A stretch of DNA of 58,426 nucleotides, counting the filler, from Sphacelaria rigidula (Eukaryota): the NCBI GenBank assembly GCA_964200075.2. It is 6 parts of 6 records of this genome, joined end to end, with 100 filler letters (N's around TTAATTAATTAA, not from the genome) between each part and the next. Parts side by side here need not be neighbours in the genome. Positions count along the whole stretch, not along the records: positions 39,019 to 48,672 come from CAXNAA020008025.1; positions 48,773 to 58,426 come from CAXNAA020008026.1; 4 more parts are not named here. One strand, written 5' to 3'. Numbering within the stretch: position 1 is the first letter of the stretch; every line of letters begins with the position of its first letter. A model generated the notes under the pieces. That model was not told the origin of the DNA, searched no databases, and saw nothing but the letters and a program-made list of their open reading frames with translations. The position numbers were made by a program, and so were the translations under genes. Of this stretch, positions 47,945 through 58,426 are shown in pieces.

Positions 47945-48310
47945 GTGATGATAATATCGACGATGCTCATCGTCATGACCAATATTATGATACGACAATG
48001 ACCATGGTCATGGTCATGACAATGATTATGATTGTTGTTGTGATTGCCATCACGGTTGTAATTTATGATTATGACTTTTAATTTTGATTCTTCATTCTTG
48101 ACTACGATTATGATGATGATTGTATGTGTCACAGAAAACATTTCGATATAGTCAATAAATTATAAATTCTGACATTACTGATATTTACATCAATATTAAT
48201 GTTATTGCCATTACTTGTCACCATTGTTGTTGCCATTCATTATGTATCATTGACCATAGTACTAACAGTAGGTGCAGGAGTACTAGTGGCAGCAGCAGCA
48301 GCAGCAGCAC
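47945..48310. repeat. Degenerate trinucleotide low-complexity tract (ATG/ATT/GTT/GCA)
   Basis: Period-3 degenerate repeats immediately after the donor site. Confidence 0.7.
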
Positions 48311-48672
48311 TATATTTGTTCAACTATAAAGAAAAATAAGCATAGTGTTCTCTACGTTTCGCGATGCAAAGAAAAAACGTTGGGTGTTGGACATGCTTTG
48401 GAGTAGAGCACGCTGCCCAAGGGGGTTGTCGTCCACAGAAAGGGTGAACTGTGCCTATTGTGTACGAGATCAAAGTCGGGGGCGTTATGAGAAAACACAA
48501 GAGAATGACGTTCAATTGCAGCCCGACAGCTACATAATTAACAAGGAAATATCCGCAGCCATCTACCCGGCAGAGCGAGGCCGCGGCACCGTGGCGGTCT
48601 CATGGTACAACTGGCACCAGCGTAATGCTACGATAGGGGTGAGGGGGGTGTACTCATGATCATGCGTGCCAT

Positions 48673-48772
48673 NNNNNNNNNNNNNNNNNNNNNNNNNNNN
48701 NNNNNNNNNNNNNNNNTTAATTAATTAANNNNNNNNNNNNNNNNNNNNNNNNNNNNNNNNNNNNNNNNNNNN
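48673..48772. other. Artificial contig spacer
   Basis: N-TTAATTAATTAA-N, 100 bp. Confidence 0.97.
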
Positions 48773-49802
48773 GACTGCTATGTCAGAGGATTCTCTGGTC
48801 TTCACAAATGTAAGCCTGACCTTCATGCAACACATGTTGTGCTGCAGCCTGCGCGGCTCATGGCATGACACCTGACCACTGGTGCGGTGGCTGACTTTAC
48901 ACTCAGTAATATCGAACTCAATGGTTTCGATACTAAAGATTGTGTTTGGGCCTGCTAGCCCCGGTGCCCACTGAACTGGCATCTTCCTACCCAGGTGGTA
49001 AGTATCGTACCATGACAGTACTTCACTGGAACACCCAAGTCGTGGCTACTTGTCTATCCATGAACTAGATTGCTGCTGCCTCATGCTCGTTTTTCATCAA
49101 CGATCAATCGTAAACATGGGGCGCGCTTTTGTTTTTGGTCGCTCAAACATTCAGCTTTGTGCCTGTCCTGGTCCTGTGATGTCGGGTCGTGTTCGGTCTA
49201 CCCCGCAACGACGCAACAATCGAATGCCGGGGTGTGTCCGGCACAACTTGCAGGTTTAAATATCTCGCCTGCCTCTGACCTCGGCTATTCCACCTAGAGG
49301 GGGGGCGAAAGATAACGTTGACGGGACATTTACCAGTATCAACTTCAATTGCGACCTTCGTTCGTTCCCATTAGGAAGCATGTTCCCCATTGTCAGGGTT
49401 TCCTTTTGTGGAATTACTTATTACCGTAAGAGGCACTCAAGCACGCGCCATCGCGAGCTCAACGTTGTGTTTGACGTCGTGGATCTCCGGGACTGCGAAG
49501 TGGTGCTTCATCTCCCCCGTAGACGATATTGCTCAAACACTGAGCACGGGAGGATCGGGTAGTACATGTGAAGCATGTGCGACTTCAGCGTCAACAAGGC
49601 TACGTGCAGGGATCGATCGCGAGCGCACGATGTTGTCAAAGTACTTGTAGTGGGACTGATGGGACTATTGTTATCCCATCATCGCGCCGAGATAGTTTTG
49701 TTTTCGTCGTGTGGCTCTCCGCTCTGCAGTCACCAAGAGTACACTTAACAGTTTTTGCGAGTGTCTCTGATCCACCGTTTGCGTGCGGTAGGGATTGCTT
49801 TT

Positions 49803-49949
49803 CCTTCTGTTCTGGACGCCAGTGTACACCTTGTGGTATGTTTGGGCGCATCAGCCGGGGCCACACAAGAAGACCAATATAGTTTATTTATATTTCATCC
49901 AACATTTCACCTTCTAGAGTGTTTTCCTTACTTTTTGTCGCGAGAAGGC
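49803..49949 (-). mobile_element. SINE family A, diverged 3' fragment
   Basis: TTCTGGACGCCAGTGTACACCTTGTGGTATGTTTGGGCGCATCAGCCGGGG...TTTTGTCGCGAGA matches 48-197. Confidence 0.7.
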
Positions 49950-51074
49950 GTGTCAGGGAGAACATAGAGCCGGTACGTACACAACAGGGACAAAGCGAAA
50001 ACACTCAGCAACCTACCAATAAAACACACTGACAAACGTGAGTATCACCAACTCAAACCTCTAGTCCTATAAATAGACATCAGCGTCACCCAAACGAAGC
50101 TAATGGCATGCCATTAGCCGTAGTCTATCCTTCTGCCGTTGGGGCAGAAAAATGCGACAACACGAGGCAGGTAACTCAACGGCAACAAGGAGTTTTGACA
50201 TCGAGAACAAAGCGTGATTTCGCATTGTTCTGGACCAACTCAGCATCGACGCCAATCGTCGCACTGTTGACATGTGTACCTATAAGAGCATGATTAAACT
50301 TTCATGATAGGTTGAGGTCCATCAGTTTTATTTTGTGGTTCATGGCGAACTACATCCTACTCCATCCCTGCCAACGAGATTCACGGCGGCAAAACGAACA
50401 GCAGTACGTACGCTCATGAAACAACCTATTTCGTTTGTACATGCGGAACGTTTGAAGTCGTAACACCTAAAAAAAGGCACCCGACTATTGTCGACTATTA
50501 TCACACGCCAAAGGTTTCGACTAGTCTCCAAAACCCTTGCAATACATATACGATCAACATATAATCGTCATGCGAACAAGTTTATCAAGAAACATCACAC
50601 GACACGATGAGGAATACCACACACACACATGAGCACAAGCGGCCGACTCCAGAGAGCAAGCGTACGACCCTAGAGGGTAAGCTAATCAAGCACGCGTGTA
50701 TTTCAGCCTCGAAATCAAATTGACCACGCGAGGTCACTTAACCCTAAAATGGGACATAATCATCTTCTTTCATGTACTCTCCACACCTCACCACGCGTTC
50801 AGAAGCGAACGTCAAGAAACTACGAGCTGGGCCAGCCCAAAAGCTCACATTTCTCTGGCACGCGATACCTTCTTCTTTTTTCCATTTTCTCCTGAATTGA
50901 ATGTATCACTGTGAACTGCAGACCAACCTGCTGATGCACGCTCCGCCGCTCAAGACGAAAAATAAAAAAATGTATGACAACGACGTGCAACGGTGTTTAT
51001 ATGTGTAGTCTACATGTTGAGTGAAGCCATTTGTACGTTCAGAATCTTCAACTACAACTGACTCTAATTGACTG

Positions 51075-51125
51075 GGATTCTCGTTGTATTACCTTGGCTA
51101 TGTCGGAACAGTTTTTTATCTCAAG

Positions 51126-51179
<54 letters not shown>
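51075..51179 (+). repeat. (AAC)n microsatellite, probably the tail of a diverged retroposon end
   Basis: GCTATGTCGGAACAGTTTTTTATCTCAAGACAACAAC resembles GCAGATATCGGAACGGTTTTTAATGTGAAGACAACAAC of 28791-28860 (minus). Confidence 0.65.
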
Positions 51180-51448
51180 TCTGCCAAACATTTTCCCAGT
51201 TTCCAACTCTTAGAAACGGGTCGTGGAAAGCTGGTCAAGCGCCAAACATTTATTAACGCTGGCCCAGCTCGTACCCAAGATGTCCGTAGATGACCCCTCT
51301 GCTTTTTTCCTGAATGCACCCATTCCCACCCATTTAGTACAGCAGGACGAAGCTCCATCGCCTAGCTTCGGGGTGTTTTAAGCGGCACCATTGAACATAA
51401 ACAGGGAGAGTTTTATAAGCGCGTTGTTCTTGAAAATATATCCCTGCT

Positions 51449-51613
51449 CTACTTCGTGTGCTTAGCGATGAAGGCAGCGACCTTGGGCTCTTCAGTGACA
51501 GTCTTGATGAGGGCCACCAGTGCAGGGTAGGGGGCGACGATGTCTGGAGAGATGTGGTCCACGTTAGTGGTGAAGGTGAGCCTGGTCACTACCGCCAGGT
51601 CTGCCACGGTCAA
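51449..51613 (-). CDS. GST: Glutathione S-transferase (sigma-like), terminal exon
   Basis: Encodes LTVADLAVVTRLTFTTNVDHISPDIVAPYPALVALIKTVTEEPKVAAFIAKHTK then TAG; carries the GST C-domain N-capping motif T-x-AD. Phase-0 acceptor, 165 bp. Confidence 0.92.
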   Translation of the reverse strand: MTVADLAVVTRLTFTTNVDHISPDIVAPYPALVALIKTVTEEPKVAAFIAKHTK

Positions 51614-52444
51614 CTACGCCCCACGAGAGGAGCACAGCACGAAGCGAAGCGAAAAGAAAACAGGTCAACATGGACATGTTTCACGAGTGACAAAGACAGG
51701 TGTCCACAATCAATACTGCATAGAATCGGTTATTCCTGGGCATTCCGATGTTTAGATCTCGACATTATATGCATGTGTGAAAAGCAGAGCTGCCTACCTT
51801 CTCAGAAACGGATGATTCCTCTCGGCTCGGCCCAGCCATGTACCCAAGCCCACCCCCCGATGACTAGCGCGGCAATCTCATTTCATTATTTTCAATTATG
51901 GGCTCGGGCACTTTAGGTAAAAGTGGATTCACCGAATCACCTGGACCCCGTTGTGAGGATTCTGGTCAAATGATGGTGAAATTATCGGCTGTGTTATCAC
52001 TGCACACAGAGAAGAGCACTCGGGAAAAATGATGCGCATGGTCCCGACAGTCGCCATGAACGTGACGTGCCTCACGGATTTCAGAGTAACTCGACAACTG
52101 CGATGCAGTTTTGATTGACGCCTGGGTCGCTGGATGTACCTGACATTGGCGATATATGGCTTATACGAGCCGAGGTCTCTCTCCTGGCCGTAAATCCAAG
52201 CCGTGCACCCAATGACGCCTTAGTGCTTACCTAGGACTGCAGGGTATAACCATCAACACAGCATCAAACTCCTCTTCAACGATCATGCCCGGAAGTTCCA
52301 CAGAGATTGATTTTGATCCATAAAAATTATGTTTACGCTCGTGCTCAAAATCGCTTTCCAGGGATTAACACTTTATATAGTCTGGCGTCACGACTTCTGT
52401 TGGAAAACCAAGATTATATTATGTACGGTGTACTCTCGTCCTAC

Positions 52445-52508
52445 CTTTCCGGACACGAAGTATTTCCCACCGCCGTCCTCTAGTTGCTTGGACATGTTGC
52501 TCAGCCAC
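52445..52508 (-). CDS. GST: Glutathione S-transferase, internal exon
   Basis: Encodes WLSNMSKQLEDGGGKYFVSGK. TAG acceptor in phase 2 and AAG|GTAGGA donor in phase 0. Confidence 0.88.
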
Positions 52509-53660
52509 CTACCGGAATCAGGAACGAAGAGGCGAAAAAGGAACAAAAATATGCCAATGCACGAACTCAGCGGACCGTCGTGTAACCTGATGTGTGACTC
52601 TGATGCTGCGTGTCCACCACTCCTGCAAAATAAAAACAACTATTTGGGCTCCACGATGCTACATGAAGCGAGAATTGGCGACAACACAATGCACTATATC
52701 TCGTCATTTCGGATTATCTTCGCGAACGGAGAGGTGACGTTCAACCGTACAGTAACGTCGAGATTGCCGACGTTGAGGCGCACCCAGTAATCTTGTGTCA
52801 CCTTCACTCATACGTGCAACACCATCACCGACGTCCGGTGAAATATGTTCAAAGGTGTCTAAATAAAACCTCCCACGTACCGCTCGTAAGGTGAACCATG
52901 TTCATGTGCAACCACCCGACACATTTCATATATATGAACGGCCACATGGGAAGCAACCCTAGAGAACAATAACCTTATGGTCCTCGTCCCGAACAGCCAT
53001 CTGATGAATTTTCCGATCAACTTCGGCCAGCCCCCGAACGTTTCCCATCCCAGATCGCATAAGATTCGCCGTGCGGCTAGAGTAATGTGGAAACTTGAAC
53101 AATACCATAAGCAATTGAATACGGAAATTGAAAAATTACATGGTACACATGGCGAAAACACTTGCGTTCCGCTCCGAACCCTACCAGCGGACGCTTGCAA
53201 GCATGCATCGAGTTCGAAACGTTTCGCACGTACCAGGCTCGTTTTTTGGTGTCGGGGTACGCGAACGAAAAAGCCCAGTGGTGCCTCGATGGATTTTATC
53301 TGCTAGATGAGCTTCTTCGTCAGCAAGCAACAAGGTGGTCAGGGCTCGCTACCATGTGAAACGCAGCCGTGCCCTGGTTGTCAATTAGTACAAAACCAAG
53401 CTTCTCAGGTGTACGCATGCGGCGGCTTTTTACCAGAACAATAGTGCACTTCACCCTCACAAGCTATAACACGATCCCCCCCAAGAAACGAGCACGCCAG
53501 TGACAATATCAAAGATCACCAATATGACCGGAGAATCTGCAAAACGTACGGCTACAGGACTGATTCTAGACCACAAGACCGGTTCTACGCCCCAGGATCG
53601 TTATCCAGGTCACGAGGGAAAACCGGGCCAGCAAACGTTCTACCTCGACCAAGCACTCAC

Positions 53661-53701
53661 TTCGGTAGGTAGTCGACCGAGAAATCTTTGAGCATCGCCA
53701 C
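53661..53701 (-). CDS. GST: Glutathione S-transferase, 41-bp exon
   Basis: TTTCTGTTTACAG acceptor, VAMLKDFSVDYLP(K), AA|GTGAGT donor. Bridges phase 0 to phase 2 exactly as required. Confidence 0.85.
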
Positions 53702-54017
53702 CTGTAAACAGAAATAGAAGGAGGAGAAAACGCACCGGTTCACGACGAGTACGTAAAGAAAGTATAATAGGTGGACACTCAAGACGAATGAAACACGATA
53801 ACTTGACCGACTTCGTCAAAATGCCGGATTCAAACGCAACGAGTGACAACTTCACTGACTTTCAACGCGGGGTGGAACGGTTCAATCGACCGGGTCAGAA
53901 CCAAACAACAAAACATTTGGAAAGAGCTTCTTCGAGGGGGTGCCATAGGTGATGCAGGTGTAATGCGTGAGAGTACCGCGTGCTTAGAGGACCGCTTCGG
54001 AATTTGAACATCCCTAT

Positions 54018-54053
54018 GGTTAGGGTTAGGGTTAGTGTTGGGGTTAGGGTCAG
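54018..54053 (+). repeat. Short interstitial telomere-like (TTAGGG)n tract
   Basis: GTTAGGGTTAGGGTTAGTGTTGGGGTTAGGGTCAGG; similar shorter tracts lie at 7052-7070 and 12307-12324. Confidence 0.7.
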
Positions 54054-54603
54054 GGGCGTGGTACCTGCAGGGACCGGCCCGATTCGTTTTGAAAAACATC
54101 GATCCTAAGGTGTTTTGAACTGCGGCGAGGTTCTGAAAGCACGCGGTCCTCTCACGCATTACAACAGGAACCTAACACCGCAAGACTAAGATATGTGTCC
54201 TACACAATATCAGTCAGGTCGTGTTTCCAACAGCCACTTTAGCCGTGGGCCTGTCATGGCGTGTGTTCCAACGGCATGACCTAGCAGCTTCATCGTTCGG
54301 GAGCGATAAAAGATTACATATGCGGCAACAGGCACAGTGAGTATTTCACAGATGCAGAACAGCACATCGTTCTCAGCTAAAGCCTGATGAAATGTCAGAT
54401 TGTCGGGTTTGTAACTGGAGAATTTACTACTTCGCATTAAACGAGGTCCCCTACGCATTGACAGTCACTGTATAACGGCCACGAAATCGTGCAGTCGAGG
54501 TGTTTCCACACTATTGAGAGATGTCGCGGTAGCTCCCCACGCCCCAAACCAGCATCAAAACTGTCACGAAGAAAATGGCGATATTTATTGTTTGCTTGTG
54601 CAC

Positions 54604-54719
54604 CTTCCTCTCCTCGTCCTTCTCGAACAACGAAGGTCGAAGTTTGTCCACCAGGTCTGTGCAGGAGTCCATGACGGCGTCGCACTTTGCAGCCTCTAGA
54701 CCGTCCGTTGGATAAAGCG
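54604..54719 (-). CDS. GST: Glutathione S-transferase, internal exon
   Basis: Encodes LYPTDGLEAAKCDAVMDSCTDLVDKLRPSLFEKDEERK. CAG acceptor in phase 1 and AAG|GTGCAC donor. Confidence 0.92.
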
Positions 54720-55068
54720 CTGATTTCGAACAATATAATAAAATTGATACAAGAGTCCGCACGGCAGATCGCAATGGGTACGCCAAAATTGGAATAATTC
54801 AAAAGACGTGGTGTTGTACTCGACGTAAGGACAAAAACAACTGTCTTTTCAACTCAGATGCGTGCACATATACATGTATGTCATGTTTCTTGTACACGAG
54901 AGAGGGGGGAAGGAATCAAACATAAATTTTGCTACGTGCTATCTCGTGACAAGTCAGAAACACAAGTGCTTTGTGAAACAGATGAGTTTGGTCCCGATCC
55001 ACACAAGTAAAATCTCTACTGTACCGCTTCACCAACGTATCGAGGGGTCTTGTAGTTGACGTCCTCAC

Positions 55069-55161
55069 CTGCCTTCTTGCCGACGAAGCGCAGGATAGCC
55101 GAGCTCTGGGCCAGTGTGTAGCCGTCCACGTCTAGTACTGGCACCTGTCCATTGGGCAGAG
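55069..55161 (-). CDS. GST: Glutathione S-transferase, exon with glutathione-binding motifs (most upstream exon in the window)
   Basis: Encodes LPNGQVPVLDVDGYTLAQSSAILRFVGKKA (GQVP cis-Pro loop and QS-x-AI motif). TTCGCAG acceptor and G|GTGAGG donor. Confidence 0.93.
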
Positions 55162-56593
55162 CTGCGAAGCAGAAGACATATGACGGAGGTGCAGGGGAAG
55201 AACGAAAAGGAAACGAAAGGAAGAGAGTTGGCGGCCTCGAAGGAACTGACGTCTTGTGTGTGCATTTGACACTTAACAAGTGTATTCAGAATATTTGTTT
55301 GTAACAGACGTCGTTACCGGCATGCAACAGTCCACGACAACAGCCATATTGCCAGCTATCCATAAACGAGGAAAAAGGCGGTTGACCGCTCAAACTCATT
55401 TGCGCTACATCTGTTTCAACCTGCAACGACGTTACCCGTAACAGAAACCGTTGCTGCTGCGAGCCCGCGAGGATTGACCGAGCAAGTAGAGCGTATTTCG
55501 TACAAGCCAGTCTTCCCGAAGAGCCCAGCAGTTTTGAAGAGCTGACTAGTTTGAGATGCACACGAATTGGACAAATATGGCACACCGCATATGTCCATTT
55601 CACGCCGGGAATGTGGTGGATAGAACCCGTGCTCGCGATCGTCCGCATACCTTTCGCTTCTAGAGATCACGCTGCCACCCCGACAGGCACTGTCCGAACG
55701 AATAATCCGCGGTATATTTGTGAGTACCACTTCGAAAGGCATTCGAGTTTGGTTCGTAGCGTTTTCATCACGGAGATGAGGAGATGAGGACACTTGGAGT
55801 AGGCAGAGAAGGGTCAAATTTCTAATCCGGCTCCCGTTTCGAATCGTAGCCTTGGATGTTCATCATTGAATAGTCGCGGCAGCACAGAAAAATCTACGGT
55901 ATAAGGGTTTACAATCCAATGGTCGGTGTAGCACTCAGTCCAATGGTCGTTGTAGCACCATGTCCGGTGGTGCAGGATACAAGCTGAAGCTTTTACACCA
56001 TGTTCCCACCCATGGCGAAGAGCAGAGCAGGTGTTCTCACGAGCCCTGCCCGAAAATCCCACATACGTTGCGAGTGAGGTGCGAGGGGTACTATGCACGC
56101 CACTGTAGTTTTCCACCTTATCAGAGTTACTCCCAACCATCCATCCAGGAGCTGAGGGAAATCCAACTTTCACCACATCTGATGGGAGGGAGGAGGGGGG
56201 GAAGGGAAGTCAGGAATATATGAGCCCGCTTCCCAACGCGCCAACAACTATGCTGTCTCACAAAAAAAATGGTGTTTGGGATCGGGCAACACGAAAGAAA
56301 TTTGAATAATCACTAGAACAAAATCACTACGGTACACAAACAAATCGACAAATTCGACCCAACGGACGAATTTCAAGTTGCAGATGCTTGAAACACGCCT
56401 TTACACGAGCTTACAACCCCCATGAAAAAATGAACACGGACATTGTGCGAGCTTGGACTGATGTAGGGGGTAGAAATTCCTCATCTGCCGATAAAAGACG
56501 ATCCCGTGACACTGTGGTCGAGTTTGAGAATGGAGCTGAAGTCACCTTCTTCAAAAAATTACATTTTCTCCGGAACAGTTTTGCAACACGAGA

Positions 56594-58426
56594 GCGTACT
56601 CATTTGTTGTTTGCCTCGATTGTTTCACCAGGGACCACGCATCCCTTTCAAGACGGAGCGCCGTTCCTACTCCTAATAGAGACACCTCCAACATTCCGGG
56701 GCTCATTACGTTTCTTCCATACATTACACAAAAGCCTCTTACATATCTTATCTCGGTCCTGTTCCTCCGTCTCTGGCCACCATGTATCTCCTAGTATAGC
56801 CATCGGTTTCTCCCTACTGTCTAATGCATCAAATGATTTCTTGCTACCTTCGTTCACGTCCCGCATTTCACCCTCTGGCACGTCCCGTTCTTCCTTGTAC
56901 AGTTCACATCTTGCCACTACATGATTTCTGTTCTCTATTCCCCTGCCACAGAGGCAGTTCTGTCAACCTACCTCCTCCTCCACACGACCACTGGTATGTA
57001 TCGTATTTCTGGCAGGTCCAGGTCTCCCATCCGAAATCGCAGTTTCGTATTTTACGCAGCGTCCATTGGGCCATGCAAATATGATTTCATCCCTATCCTT
57101 ATTGGGCCATGCAAATAAGATTTCATCCCTATCCTCTCTCTCAACCGCCCGTATATCTCCAGGTGTTCTTCCACGCCTACTTTACGTCTGAGCGCCCCTT
57201 TTCTCCTTATTTCTATCATGTCTCTTACTTTTGCCTTGTACCCCGTGTCTTCATCTATGGACAGTATTTCGTCTTGGTTTCCTCCTATATCCTTCCATAT
57301 TTTCTCGACACCTCTATCCCACCTTATTCCAGCATTCCCTACCGTACTTTTCTTCCATACAGCCCTATCACCTATAGCTGGCAATCTCTTTCTCTGCATG
57401 TTCTTTACGCTATATTGCCCTCGCAATTTCCTCATATCTCTTTGTTTTGAGTGATTACATTCCCAACTCTGCTGTCAGTGGCAATCTCTTTCTCTGCATG
57501 TTCTTTACGCTATATTGCCATCGCAATTTCTTCATGTCTCTGTTTTAAGTGGATACATACCCAACTCTGCTCTCAAAACTGTATTACTCGTCGTTTTCGA
57601 GAATCCGAGTATCTTCTTAGCTGCTACCATCTGTACTGTTTCCAACCTCTCCACCAACTTCGCGTTCCCCTCCCATACTTCTCCTGCATATTCCAGCTTT
57701 GGTGCGATCACGTTCAGTAGGATACATCTCTAAATCCTAGTGTCTAGGCGCGGGTGTCTGAGGATCACGTCCAACCTGCCTATCTGTGCCTTATCCTTTT
57801 CTATTACTGTTGATGTGTGCATCCTAACAGCAGTTTCTTGAGATCTCTACGCCAAGGTATGTATACTGGTCTACGATAGACCTTCTCTCTTCTCCCCACT
57901 TCCATTTCGACTGTACAGGATTTTTCTTATCTTCGTTACAAACGAGTACCGCGCATTTGTTGACGTTCGCTGTCATTCTCCATTTCCTGGTGTTTTCTAG
58001 CGCCTTGTCTATCTGTGTCTGTAATCCTTTCGCTGTTCCTGAAATCCCCACAAAATCATTCGCGAACATCAATCCTGATACCATATCTTCACCCACCTTG
58101 ATCCCTTGCTTTGCTGCTTCTATTGCTATTATCAAGTTATCAATTAAAACCTAGAACAAAGTGGGTGATAAAGTACATCCTTGTGCAACTCCTTGTAAGA
58201 TATCGAAATGGTTCGATATTCCCCGTCTAGAATCATGGCACTTTTGGCACATTCTGTCATCTTCTTCACCCTTCTCCACATCTTTCCTTTAATCCCAGCT
58301 TCCCACATCTTTTTCCACAACCCATTTCTCCATACTGTGTCATGAGCCTTTCGCACGTCCAGAAAGAAACAGTACGTTGTCCGCCTGGTGTCTTTCCTAC
58401 CCTGAATAATCTTACTTAGTGTGTTC
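56594..58426 (-). mobile_element. Non-LTR retrotransposon (LINE): RT domain and C-terminus, inactivated, cut by the window end
   Basis: FFLDVRKAHDTVWRNGLW, GVAQGCTLSPTLF, LMFANDFV (catalytic DD altered), NVNKC, YTYLGV and a Cys/His C-terminal region. Stops, frameshifts and internal tandem duplications. Ends GCAAACAACAAATGAGTACG. Confidence 0.93.

Overview
Eukaryotic, intron-rich, repeat-rich DNA whose gene style, GC-rich codons and repeats suggest a brown alga (Ectocarpus-like; inference). The window is not one locus. It is six unplaced contigs of 9654-9655 bp, sorted by length and joined by five identical 100-bp N-TTAATTAATTAA-N spacers, so adjacency across spacers means nothing. Three partial multi-exon genes can be assembled: a DDT/WHIM1-type chromatin protein (minus, 19567-27834, six phase-consistent exons), a PH-domain protein (plus, about 41064-47941, only partly resolved) and a sigma-like glutathione S-transferase (minus, 51449-55161, five phase-consistent exons, N-terminal exons absent). 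The rest is mobile DNA: a dead LINE with RT domain (56594-58426), an internally deleted chromodomain Ty3/gypsy element, at least two tRNA-derived SINE families, several MITE/foldback elements, and mini- and microsatellites. The most unusual observation concerns the LINE family. Five short 5'-truncated copies end a few nucleotides after the ORF stop in a C run rather than poly(A). Three of them are flanked by target-site duplications that themselves begin with a C run, suggesting a poly(C)-tailed LINE that targets G/C homopolymers.
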